A stretch of 64,000 bases of DNA from assembly GCF_009914755.1 (NCBI RefSeq), contig NC_060933.1, one strand, 5' to 3'. Under the pieces are notes generated by a model. The model worked only from the letters and a program-made list of their open reading frames with translations, ran no database searches and was not told the DNA's origin. A program made the translations under genes and the position numbers. Origin of the DNA: the human T2T-CHM13v2.0 reference genome, Homo sapiens. How positions within the stretch are numbered: the stretch's first letter is position 1; each line of letters starts with the position of its first letter. Positions 1 to 13,610 of this stretch are shown here, one piece after another.

Positions 1-963
1 TTTTTCCAAGAGTTGACACTGTAAGTTTTCTAGAAAAAACTCCACTCTCGCATGACCAAGATTTGTGTGTGTGATCAACATTTAGAAGAACGTGCTAAAG
101 AAGACACTGAAGACAATTCCCAAACAAGAGTTAATATCTGAGCTGCGGCAGCATCCTTGCCACAAAAACGCAGCTCCCCAAGCAACACAGGGCTCACTTA
201 GATGTGTAAGCTCTGGTTGTGTTTCTTTTAAAATCAGTCGCATTACTTTATAGTCACATCTTGTGAGAGAGGGCTCAGGGTCTCCAGCATCCCTGGAGAG
301 GCATCTTCTTCCTTCTGCTTGAATTTTCCTCAATCTTCTATCCCGTTTGAATGGCTGTGACCTGTTAGGGATTTTATTTGATTTTTAGGGCTTTACTATT
401 GTATTCATCTTGATGCTCCTCAGATAGTGTTTGTCCTAATCATCGTTTCTAGTACAAAGCCAAGTTGAACTGCTGGAATTATGGAGCAAAATACTGAACT
501 GATATTTTCTTCCTTGTTATTGGCTTGCTGTTCTACAGGCTAAAGGAAAGTCATGACTTTCCAGGCACAGTTAAATAAATGGTCATAGTTAGTCCAAACT
601 ATCTTGAGAGATGACCAAAGTTTGGGTCTCAGTTCTGACCTAACTTGCTGTGTCATATTTGGCAAATTTATTAACCTCTGGCAACACCAGTTTCTTTCTT
701 AAGAAAATGAAAGATTGAAATAGATAATCTCCCAGTTATTGTCTGATTCTAAAATAATACAAGTCTATATAAAACCTTGTATAAAGTTAGGCTGTTATTT
801 AAATTATTGTATCATCCTTTAGACATTCACTTTTATGGAGAGGAAAAGAGAGAAGGTAGCTCAGAAATAGGTTGGTAGGAAAATTCAGGTTTTAAAAATG
901 GTTGGTGGCATTTGAGTTGTATAGAAATAATTTAGATTTGAGTATTTTTTGAACATATAGTCT

Positions 964-1329
<366 letters not shown>

Positions 1330-3587
1330 TGACACCCAAAGCTTCTCACTTTTTTTAGTACATTTGAAAATTGGAATTCATGCAAAAAGAGTTAGTCATT
1401 TATATTGGAATAAGTTCACGGTCACCTTGAAGTTTCTTTTTGTACATGGAGGATGACGTGCCTGTTTTACTGTCTTGTCTAAGAGCTGAGCAATTAGGCA
1501 GAAGAATGGCATTTACGGAATTTTTGGCATTAGATTTCGGGCTGATATTGATTGGAATATTTCAAGTTGTCATCTTGAGCTTCAGGCGTCAATCAGTGCC
1601 CTAGCCTGGGCGGGAACAAGGAGATTGCTCCAGGAAGTTTGGGCTTGAGCATGCTCGCTGGTGACATCCTGCCACCTTGTGGCCAGCTCTGGACTTCAGC
1701 ATTAGGCCTCGTCCCCTAAGTGGCCAGGCTGCTTTCCGCTGTGCCCAAGCTGCAAAAGCAATCTGTGACAATCATTTCCAGGCTTCTGGATTGACAGCAC
1801 GATTCTATGGGTTCTATTCATTATTTATAGATTCTTCTATTGATCATAAAATATTTGTGTTGCACCCCTGTCCCAAAGGAGTTTCCATATTCCTTTTATT
1901 CTTTAAGAGCGCTGGCGTAGCTGATAGGACAGCAGAAATGGAAAAAGGTTAAGTGTTGGAAATGTCAATCTTGATTCTGCTCTGAAATTGATTCTTGCTT
2001 CAGGCAAGCCCCAGATCTGGATCCCAGGTTCTTCCTGGTTCTGCAGATTAAACTACTCATCCCTGGGAAGAGCACTGAACCCATCCTCCACTAATGGAGC
2101 ATTTTACTAGTGTGATCGCATTTCACACCGTCTGTCTGTGGTAGACATTTTTGTCTTCATTTTGTAAGTTTACTGAGGTTCCGAGACACTGAGTAACTTG
2201 TCCAAGGCCACACAGGTGATAAACAGTAGAACTGAGACCCAAACCTAAGTAACCTGACACACTCTTAACCCCTTTGCCCTGTGTCTGTGAAATGAAGTAA
2301 AAACACCTTACTACACACACACGGCAGGTGTAAGATCAAAGGAGATAAAAATGCAAATGAAAGCATTTCATAATGAAAAATATCTATCCACATGTTGGTT
2401 GACTTTTAAAATGCCCATTATTACTATTGTTATGCATGCTGTCGAGATTATTGTTAATGGCAGGCCAAAATTTTCTGTTTCATAAGTGGAAGAGTGAGTC
2501 CTCAGAGGGAAATATTCAAAATTGATTAAAAGGTTATTTGCAGTTGCTATTAATGATGTTCTCTAATCCTCTCATTTTCCCATTTGCTGCCCAGTTTCGA
2601 ATGAAGCTGATCCTAATTAGAGATTCCATTTGTAGGAAAAATAACTTGTGTGTGCATTCAGTATGTAAATTAAAAGTGGCTTTTAGTAGTTAGGGAGATA
2701 ATAACTAAACCAGTGTGATAAACTTCTGAGATTTTAGCCTGTGGCTGCCCAGGTGAATTGAGCAGTTAATTTAGATTAAAGATGAGAAAAGATGCTCAGC
2801 CATTCTTACTGGGGGATAAAGAGGACTTCATTTTGTGTTCTGTTCGGGTGGGACTAGAATTATTCGGAATGACTGGCTATCCTGAAGATATCCACGCACC
2901 CCTCTACTTCACCGATGTAGGTACAGTATTTGCATCATGAAAATAGGTAATGCTTAAGGTAAAACAAACAAACAAAAATTAGCGTAGACTTCTTTTTCTC
3001 AAAGCCAGTGTTGGGTTATAGGAAAGAATATATTAGCAAAACCTAGTCATAAGTTATAAAGGAACCACGTTGGATGCAAAGTGTGTAATTGTCTGCCATA
3101 GGTGGTGCAAATTCACCACTCATTCCCCACACAGTATGTTCATACATCATCCCTTTAACAGGTTAAGGCAAGGAAGAGAACCAGGTTTGACCAGCGAATC
3201 TTTGTGGCAGGATCCTCCTTGAAATGCCCTAGAATCGATGGAGCAAATATGAGGATCTATATCAGCAAGCATCTCACTTAAGTGCTTAAATTTGCTGAAA
3301 ATGTATCCCGTGGCTTCAGGGATGCCTGTCACTGCCTCTGGGTTGGGATCCATTCTGGTTTCCTTTATGAGACATAAATTGCTGATGCTTGCCACTTTGT
3401 ATTCACAGTTGAGGTGCATGAATCCTAAGTTAAATATTTATATTTTTTGTTTCCTATGCCTTATGTATCTGAGTTTTGTTCATATCTACCTGTATTTTAT
3501 ATTTAGAAATATGCAGACAGTAGAAGTAAAATATCACACATTGAGTTTCTCCTCCTCCTACATGCATGTGCGTGCAAAGACACATGC

Positions 3588-3895
3588 TTTTATTTTTATT
3601 TATTTATTTTTTTGAGACAGAGTCTCACTCTCTTGCCTAGACTGGAGTGCAGTGGCAGGATCTCAGCTCATTCCAACCTCCACCTTCTGGGTTCAAGTGA
3701 TTCTCCTGCCTCAGCCTCCTGAGTAGCTGGGATTACAGGCGCCCGCCACCATGCCCAGCTAATTATTGTATTTTTGGTAGAGAAGAGTTTTCACTATGTT
3801 GGCCAGGCTGGTCTCGAACTCCCAACCTCAGGTGATTTGCCCGCCTCGGCCTCCCAAAGTGCTGGGATTACAGGCATGAGCCACCGTGCCTAGCC
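3588..3895 (-). mobile_element. Alu (S)
   Basis: Full dimer, reverse. Confidence 0.95.
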
Positions 3896-4624
3896 TACAT
3901 GGCTTTTAATACGTTTAAAATAACCTAGAAAATTTAAATGTAAGTAACATTGAATGTATTAAAGGAGAAAATAAGCCAAAAATGGAAAAGTTGAATGGGG
4001 TACCCTTTGTGGAAGGGAGGACATGGCTATTCTATCCTTTTCTCGTTGGTGATGCTGGTACTGGAGCTGGTGGTAGACAACACTGATGTGGGTTGATTCT
4101 ATAACAGTTTGGCTTCTTAAGCCACTTTCTTATCCTCCCACCAGTTACCTGTGTAAGTCACTGCCTAGCTAGTGTTTGCAAGGGATGAAGAAAGAAAGAA
4201 TTCAATTTAGTGTAGCACATGAACAGCTACACGGGGCGATTTCAAATCATCTTCACTTTGATTCTCCTGACCTATACTGAAGAACATCACGAAACACGTT
4301 GTTTCTACTATAAGGAAGTAGTTTCAGTTGTTGTTGATTACATTAAATGATAGATGCCCTCTTTATAAAAATTCAGAATAAATTTGTTTGTTTTTAACAT
4401 CAGGAACAGTAGTATTTCTTTTGAGAAATTTAAAAAATAAGCATATGATCCCAAGAGCTGTGTTCTTAAAAGTTTTAAGCCACGTCAACCACTAGAAGGC
4501 TTGAATCTAAATTTGCGACTCATTAATAGCAAATATATATGGTTTTTATGGTATATATTTTTGTGTTGTTTATTTCTTACTCTATTATATGTTGCCATTT
4601 TCTTTTTTTGTCTCACTTGCATTA

Positions 4625-5108
4625 GTAGTGAGGATTAAGCTTGGCTGTGGGGAATGGAAAACACAAAATACCAGTAGCTTAAATAAGAGAGAAGCTTCTT
4701 TTTCTCTCTGAGTAGGTGGTCCAAGTTTAGAATGGCAGCTCCAGAATTATTAGGAACCCAGACCTCTTGTGTGTTGCACTGCCGTCCTCAACACCCAGCT
4801 TTCAACTCATGGTACAAGATGGGCTGCTGTGGCTCCAGCTATCATGTCCAACATCCAGCCAGCAGGAAGGAGAATGGGAGAGAAGAGGGACACAATTAAA
4901 CCTTCTTTTAAGGGATGCTCTCTAGAAGTTGCGCATGCAACTGACATTTACATCCCATTGACCAGACCTTAGTCACCTGAGTACACCTAGCTATGAGAAC
5001 AGCTGGGAAAGGTGGGCAACCATGTATTTTGGCTGAAAATGAGCAGTCTCAATACTGCAGAGGAAATGGAGATGGGCTATTAGGAGACAAGTAGCAGGCT
5101 GTGCTACA
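4625..5108 (-). mobile_element. MLT1 (MaLR) LTR, old subfamily
   Basis: Diagnostic CAAGATGG.CTGCTGTGGCTCCAGC.ATCATGTCC and CATCCCATTGACCAGA..TTAGTCAC motifs. Confidence 0.7.
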
Positions 5109-5373
5109 TCAATTTGTAATTCAGAGTATTTTATGGGTCTTTGCAAATCACTTTAAGTTCTGTCCACACTGGGGAAAGGGTGGTTATAAGTAAATGAATG
5201 AATAAATAAGTTTAAATTCCTTAGGAGGAGGATGGATCCTGTTACTCCTTCTGTTTAACGTGAGTCTGCAGAATCTCAGAACAGGCTCTCTGATGCAATG
5301 GAATTATTTAACAGTTTCTGTAGATCACAATTTGAGATGCCCAGATCACTTGCTCTCCAAAAAGACACTAGCG

Positions 5374-5443
5374 GTGAGCTTGAGCTACTTTCTTTATCTC
5401 TGAAAGTGCCAGTGAGCTTGAGCTACTTTCTTTAGCTCTGAAA
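5374..5443. repeat. 38-bp-period tandem duplication
   Basis: GTGAGCTTGAGCTACTTTCTTTA(T/G)CTCTGAAA twice. Confidence 0.95.
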
Positions 5444-5610
5444 CTCTAATGAGCAATATACATCCACCTGAGCTGAATCTGCAGGTGAAGATAAACTTTC
5501 CTTGGTTTGAAGTACATTTTTGTCAATATAATATTTTAACACTGCCTCTCTCATCTAATCAGGCTGGCAGTCATGTAAGTCTTTGACTTAAAAAGGGGGA
5601 AAATGATTTC

Positions 5611-5910
<300 letters not shown>

Positions 5911-6084
5911 GATTTCTTCAATACACACATTTTGTTTGGCAGACAAACACCTCTCAAAGAATGGGACTCTTAAGGTGCCTTGGAGATGGAGGGACATGAC
6001 AAAAAGGATATGGGGCAGTGAAAAGTTTGGATGCTACTGGCTAGAGTTGTTTTGCTCTGAGATTTTAAAGTTAGATAGCTAGAC

Positions 6085-6250
6085 TAGAGCAGTACTTGTC
6101 AAACATCAGTTTGCCTAGGGATGTAGTTAAAACTGCAGATGCCTGGGCTCCACACCCCAGATATTCTTCTGATTTAACAGATGGCTTGGGAACAGCGTTT
6201 TGACAAATATTGAACTAGCGGATGCTGATTGCCCAAAGTTGAACAACATT
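6085..6250. mobile_element. MER5-family fragment
   Basis: GTTAAAACTGCAGATGCCTGGGCTCCACACCCCAGA. Confidence 0.5.
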
Positions 6251-7777
6251 TCAAAATGGAGTAAATTAAACCTTCCTTTGAAAAAGAATATGAACAAGTC
6301 ATTAAAAAATACAGGGTTTGGTTTAGATACTTTATTTGTCTAGGATGCTGAAATGTCCGGCATTTCTGTTCTCCCCGCACAATCTCTTATGAAGCTGGGC
6401 CCACAGACCCATTGCACACAACTGAATGTGAACTTACAGGTTAATGATTTGATGAGGGGCTCTTAGCACTCTCTGGCAGCTCTGGTCACCTGATATGCCA
6501 GGCACCAATGGGCATGGAGAAAACATCCTTAGTTTTCTTCTCTCCATGGCAACCAGTGCATCCTGATCCCTGTCTGTCAGTTTCCAGGCTAGCGACTCTA
6601 CGTTCACCTGTGTCATAGCAACAGGAGAAAACTGCAGTTGACTTTCGCTTTCCAAATGTCTTGGAAACAGGGCTTTCAATTCTAAACCCCAACTTCCACT
6701 CTACGGTTTCCTGGTACGAAGCTGTTTGGACTCTGGGAGTTGGTGGCTTGAGAGAAACAGGAAGGGAGGGGAGATTCTGGGACATTAGTATATTCATGGC
6801 AGGTGTGTGTAAATTGGAGCTGTCAGTTTGACCAGCAGGAAATAGAAAGTATGAATCTTAGGGGAAGGGAGTGAATCACATTCACAAAGACAGCTTGAAA
6901 AATTGGCCAGGAGGCAAATGACAAGTTCTCCACTCTATATGAAATATCAAGATTAAAGGAAAATCAATTATCCTTTACCTTTGAGCGTTTTTGGGGGTTA
7001 TGGTGAAATTAGGACTAGAGGGAGTAAGCAATGGTAGCCTTTAATTTTTCCTAATATTTTACTATAACAAATTTCAAACATACGGCAAATTCGAAGGAGT
7101 TTTATAGTGTAAATTTAGATTCTATCATTAACATTTTACCTGATTTATCACTTATTGTTTATCGTTGTTGTATATTCCTCTATCCTTCTATCGATACACC
7201 TTAGTTTTGGAAGTAGTTTTGATTTTAGTATTCTGATTATTCTTTCTTTCTTTCCTGTTTTAGTGTTTATTACCCTCCTTTTGTCTTCATCCACCCAAAA
7301 CCATCATCTTTAATGATTACAACAAAGAACATGATAATGATAACAAAAATTTGTTAAAGCTACATTTGCTGAACATATACTATATGACAAGCACAGTACT
7401 AGCTACTTTTCTTATATTATTATCTCAATATTTTTCAGAATAGGAGGAGATATAATTATCCCTCTTTTGATAATAAGGAAACAGAATCTCAGAGATGAGT
7501 GGCTAAACCAGGATTCAAACCCAGTCTTGTCTGGTAATTTGCTTTGGCAAACAAGTTTCAGGGGATTAATGGCCCTAGGAATTTCATTTCAAAGTAGGTT
7601 AGTGAACAACTCACTAAAACCACCTTAAACCTATTATGGAGATCATTGATAAAATCATTATCTGCCTTTAGTTTATGTAAAGGAGCCTTTAGTTCAGAGT
7701 GGAATGAAAAAGCTAATCTTTGAACCATGATTATCTGTGAACAATCTGGGTATCTGCATTTCTTTGTATGAGAGTGA

Positions 7778-8177
<400 letters not shown>

Positions 8178-8305
8178 TAGATATTATAATCTTCATTTTA
8201 AAGATCAAACAGTTAATGTTCACTGGAGCAAACAGACAGACCAATAGAACAGAGCAGAAAGTCCACATAATCCCAATACAGGGGACTTAATGATAAAAGG
8301 GATGA

Positions 8306-8623
8306 CAGTCATCCCTTGGTATTCCTGGGGGATTGGTTCCAGGAGTCCCCTCAGATACCAAAACCCCAGGAGGCCATAAAATGGCATAGTATTTGCATAT
8401 AATGTAGGCACATCCTCCGGTAAATCATCTCTAGATTACTTACAATACCTAATACAATGTAAATGCTATGTAAATAGTTGTTGTACTGTATCATTTAGGG
8501 AACAATGACAAGAAAAAAAGTCTCTACATGTTCAGTACAGACATAACCATTGCAGGCCTAGCTACATTTTCTATTCAAGGTTGGATCCAAGGATGCAGAA
8601 CCTATGGTTACTGAGGCCAGCTG
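8306..8623. mobile_element. MER2 (TcMar-Tigger) DNA transposon nested in an old L1
   Basis: CAGTC.TCCCT.GGTAT..GGGGGATTGGTTCCAGGA; TAAATCATCTCTAGATTACTTA.AATACCTAATACAATGTAAATGCTATGTAAATAGTTG. Confidence 0.85.
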
Positions 8624-8813
8624 TACCAGTATTCAATAAGTGATATTGGGACAACCATCTAGAAAAAAATGTAAAAAAAAAAAAAAAAAAAATCTGAAGC
8701 CATATCTCACACCATTTAGGAGGACAAATCCCAAATGGATCAAAGACAAATATGAAAAGTGAAACCACAAAAGTTCTACTAGAAAGGATGAGAAAATTTC
8801 TTTATGACTTTAG

Positions 8814-9183
<370 letters not shown>

Positions 9184-9763
9184 TAAACAGATAAATTTAC
9201 TTTACATGTGGAAACTTCTACATGGCAAAAAAGAACTACAAAAAAATAAAAGTACAGATGGCAATATGGAGGAAATATTTGCAATTCATGCCACAGATAA
9301 AGTGTTATGCTTCCTAACAGATAAATAGCACCTATTAATGTCTGAGGAAAAGACAACCTTACCAATACAGAAATGAATAAGGGTAGGAATAGACTGTTCA
9401 AAGAAGAGGACAGGCAAATGGCTCTTAAACATGCAGAAAGATGTCCAACCTCATTAAACAAGAGAAATGTAAATTAAAACAACACTGAGGTACCATTTCC
9501 TTTGCATTTTATAAACTAAAAGTTTAGTTAAATACTGCACTGTGTATGGTTGGTGGAAATATCAATTAGTCAAATCTTCATGGAGGACAAGTTGTCAATT
9601 TATTTCAAAATTACAAATGTACATGCACTAAGTTTCAGCAGTTCCATTTCTAGCAATTTCTCCTTTATAGGAGAAAATTTTGCCTACTTCACTCTTGTGC
9701 AATATACTCGTATAGTCACACCTGTGGGAAGCGACATAGGTAGAGGCTATTCACTGCAGCATG

Positions 9764-10101
<338 letters not shown>

Positions 10102-11939
10102 CTAAATAAATAGACTATGAAATAAATTATAGTAGAGGCATGTGATATATACAAAAGAATGAAGAAAGTTTTTATGTAGTGATTTGGAAAAAGCCCTAGG
10201 ATATGTTAAACAAACAAACAAACAAACAAACAAAAAAAAGAGCAAGGAACAGAACCATGTATAGAGTATGCTGCTGTCTGTGAACCATGAGTACAGGGAG
10301 TTTACCCTCCTCCCCACAAAGGAGAATCTATGGTTGCCCCTGTGGGTAAGCTGATGGTGTAGGACACACAGTTCTGGATTCAGCTTTTGCTGGTGAAATT
10401 GCTGGCTATCCCCTGATTGGGTAAACAAACCTAATTCCTCAGAGATCTACACAGTGCTCACCCCTCCCCAGCTGTCAGCCTTGTATCCAACTGTACTGGT
10501 ACCATAATTTTTGATTCTCTGAGGGCTAGGACTTCTCTTTTCTTCCTGGACTCAGGGCAAGGATGGTCGGGCAAACTTGCTTTTGTCTTATTCATACCCA
10601 AAGCATCTGTGTTGTCAGTGTAAAAGGCTACTGAAGACATAAACCGTTTATAGTTCCAACACTGCAACTAGAAAATTCATCTTTAATCCAATGAGGATAA
10701 CCTGGTATGTCATTTGCCAAAGGTTGTTATTAATACAAAGTGGATGCCAGTGGTTAGTGTATGAAATCACACATAAGCCCAGGCTTGCTGACTGGTTTCA
10801 ACTACCATCTTTTTATTTAAGTGGACAGATATAACTGGGTGTCTTTGTTGTGTACAATGTCAGTGACTTTCTTCCTTGCTAGCAGAATCTGAGCTTTTGA
10901 GTACTGGAAATAGTCTGACTTTGTATTGGAAATATGTTATCTATTCCATGATTGATCATTTGGTTTTGTCCAGAGGCCTGGCATAAGATAGGAAACATGC
11001 TGTTGGCAGACAAATCTCTATGTGTCTCTGCACTTTTTGTATGTCTCGCGAGAAAAAAAATCATCACTAGTCATGAATTTGTGCAAGTATTTGACTACAA
11101 TATTTATTGCTCATTTGTTAATAGTCATAAAATATAGGAAATATCCATGATGGCCAACCATAGGGGATAAGTTAAATTATGGTTCCTCATATAATGGAAT
11201 GCCCTTCAGTGATTTTAAAATGATGATGTAAAAGAATATTTAATGTGGGAAAATGTTCTTGACATACTAAAGGGGAGGGGGAAAAGCTTCCTCAAAATAA
11301 ATCACAGTAGTGTGATCTCATTTAAAAAGTGTTACACATACATACGCACACACACACACAGACATCGAATGGCGATACATCATGGATTATTAGCACTAGA
11401 TATATTTTTGTAATGGGACATGGGTAAAGTTCTTATTTTCTTCTTAAAATGATGAATTTTTCTACAACAAATATGATTACGTTTGCAATGAAGCATTTTG
11501 CAAAAGCTATTATAAAAAGAGGAAGAGGTAAAATGCCTTCCTGAGTGCCTCTCCTAATCTAGTTAGCGAGACAACACAGGATATTCTGGAGCCACCTCCA
11601 GATTCCAAATCTCTGCCTTTGTCCTCTCAGGCCCATACAGATCCCCAGCCAGTTGCTGGGGAGACTATCGGGATCTGTGCGTTTCCTTGCCATTCATTTC
11701 TGGTCGCTGTCTGTGCTATACACCTCAGCAGAGGCACAGGTAAAAACCTTTAACCTGATTAAAATTCCCCTCAAGCATATTCCTGGTATTACTGGTAAGA
11801 GGAAGGAGAACGCATTTCAGAAATTAATTTCATCCTCATGTCATCAGAAAGGCCAGAAAAGAACAACCCCCTCCCCACCCATTTTAAATGCAATTTTGAT
11901 TGGATTCTTTCTGAATACTTCAGTGGCTTTTGAGAAACA

Positions 11940-12720
11940 AAACAAAACAGCGTTCCTGAGCGCCCAGCTGCAGCCTCCTGCGAGCACATCATGTTCCGCA
12001 CGTCTCGCTGGTTCGAGGACGCCTCGTCTGTTGCTATGGAAACAGAGTAGTCAAATCAGACTGCGACGGAGGACTCTACTGAGTCCCCGAGAACAAATTG
12101 TTTCCTTCTGTTTGGTTCCATTTGGTTTAAGTAGCGGGGGAGACCCTCGCTTTCTGGATAAACTATTTTCCCGGGCCGGACACTGATAAATGGATGGTTA
12201 AAGACAGCAAATAATCCTCAACTCGAGATGTCCTTGTCAGAACGGGCTGCGGCATTGAGTTTTGATGGGTGAATTCTAATGAGAATTAGGGTCTTTGTTT
12301 CGCACAAGTACTTTCAAGAACCGGCCAGCCTTTCCCATAAATGGGATTACATTTATTGTAGCCACTGAATAACAAAATTTTCAGCCGAATTTTCAGCCAA
12401 CGGACGCTTCTGTAACTCGCAAGCTGCTTGAGGCAAAATCGGTTTCAGAGCGGGCAGAGCTCAACGCTCACGTACGTCAGGCTTTCTTGCACTACTTTCA
12501 AACTTCCAAGTGTTTTTCACATTTCTTGTTTCTTATGTTTTCATTCATGTTCCTGTACTATGAACATACGAAGTCAAATGCGAATGTAACTCTTACTTTT
12601 ATTGGAGACTAAGAAAAGCCAAGTGATTTTTCTCAAAATGCAGCAACCGGCTGTTACGTGGCACAGGGCCCGGCTAATCAAATCCTATTCAACCATCAGT
12701 GACCGCACGGTGCTCTGGTT
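11940..12720. promoter_or_regulatory. Orphan CpG-island-like segment
   Basis: ~37 CpG in ~780 bp by hand count at moderate GC, far above the flanks; not a recognisable repeat. Confidence 0.6.
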
Positions 12721-12974
12721 GCCCTGTTATTCCCTTTTGAGACTCAGTCATCACTGGTCTCCCATTTTGTGGCCTGAAGCCAACAATTTTCTAAATCCCT
12801 GTGAAGAACAACAGATAAGTAAAGAGGCTCTGAAGATTAGGAGGGAGAGAAAGGGCCACAGGAAACAAACTACCGTGTGGGTAAATCACACCTGCACATC
12901 CCAATTCATATTTCCAGAGCGTAACATATTCTGAAATACCTAAAGAATGTGTGGAAAATAGAAGTTCTTCAAAA

Positions 12975-13385
12975 ACAAATATTCTGTAAAAACTAAAAGC
13001 AACCTAAATGTCCATCAAGAGTAGAATGGATATAAAAATTGTGGTATACAGTGAACTACTACTCAGCAATAAAGACAGAACAACCTACTGGATAAAACAT
13101 AAACATTATGTTGGGTGAGGAAAACAAGGAACAAAAGAGCATGCATTGTATAATTCCATCTATATGAAATTCTCTCTAATCTATAGGGGAAAGAAAAGTA
13201 ATCAGGCTTGCCTGGAGGGATAGGGGTGAGATTGGGGTACTAGGGAACTTTCTAAGAAAGTCAGTGAGCTACATTTGACTGGGGTGATTGTCATGTGAGT
13301 GTACACATTTGTCAAGATGCATCGAACTGTTTACATAGAATCTGTGCATTTACATACATAAATTATATCTCAACGAAGAAAAAGA
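12975..13385 (+). mobile_element. Old L1M 3' end
   Basis: AACCTAAATGTCCATCAA.AGTAGAATGGATA; TACTACTCAGCAATAAAG. Confidence 0.7.
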
Positions 13386-13389
13386 AAGT

Positions 13390-13610
13390 ATTTTATAGCC
13401 TTTCTCTGTGGGGTATTCTTTTAAGTGCTTTACATGCGAATGTACTTAATCCTCACAAAAATATGAGGGAGAAGTATGTTTATTTGCATTTTACAGATGG
13501 GGAAACTGAGACAGAGTGGTTACATAAATTTCCAAGGTAATGAATCTAGTGACTGGTGGGGCCAAGATTTGAGCCCTGGCAGTCCAGCTCCAGAGCTGGG
13601 CTCTTGGCTG
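13390..13610 (-). mobile_element. MIR SINE
   Basis: CATTTTACAGATGGGGAAACTGAGACAGAG core. Confidence 0.75.

Noticed and set aside
11653-12186. 177-aa ORF overlapping the CpG-rich segment
   Set aside because: Non-ATG start, no recognisable domain; no coding support.
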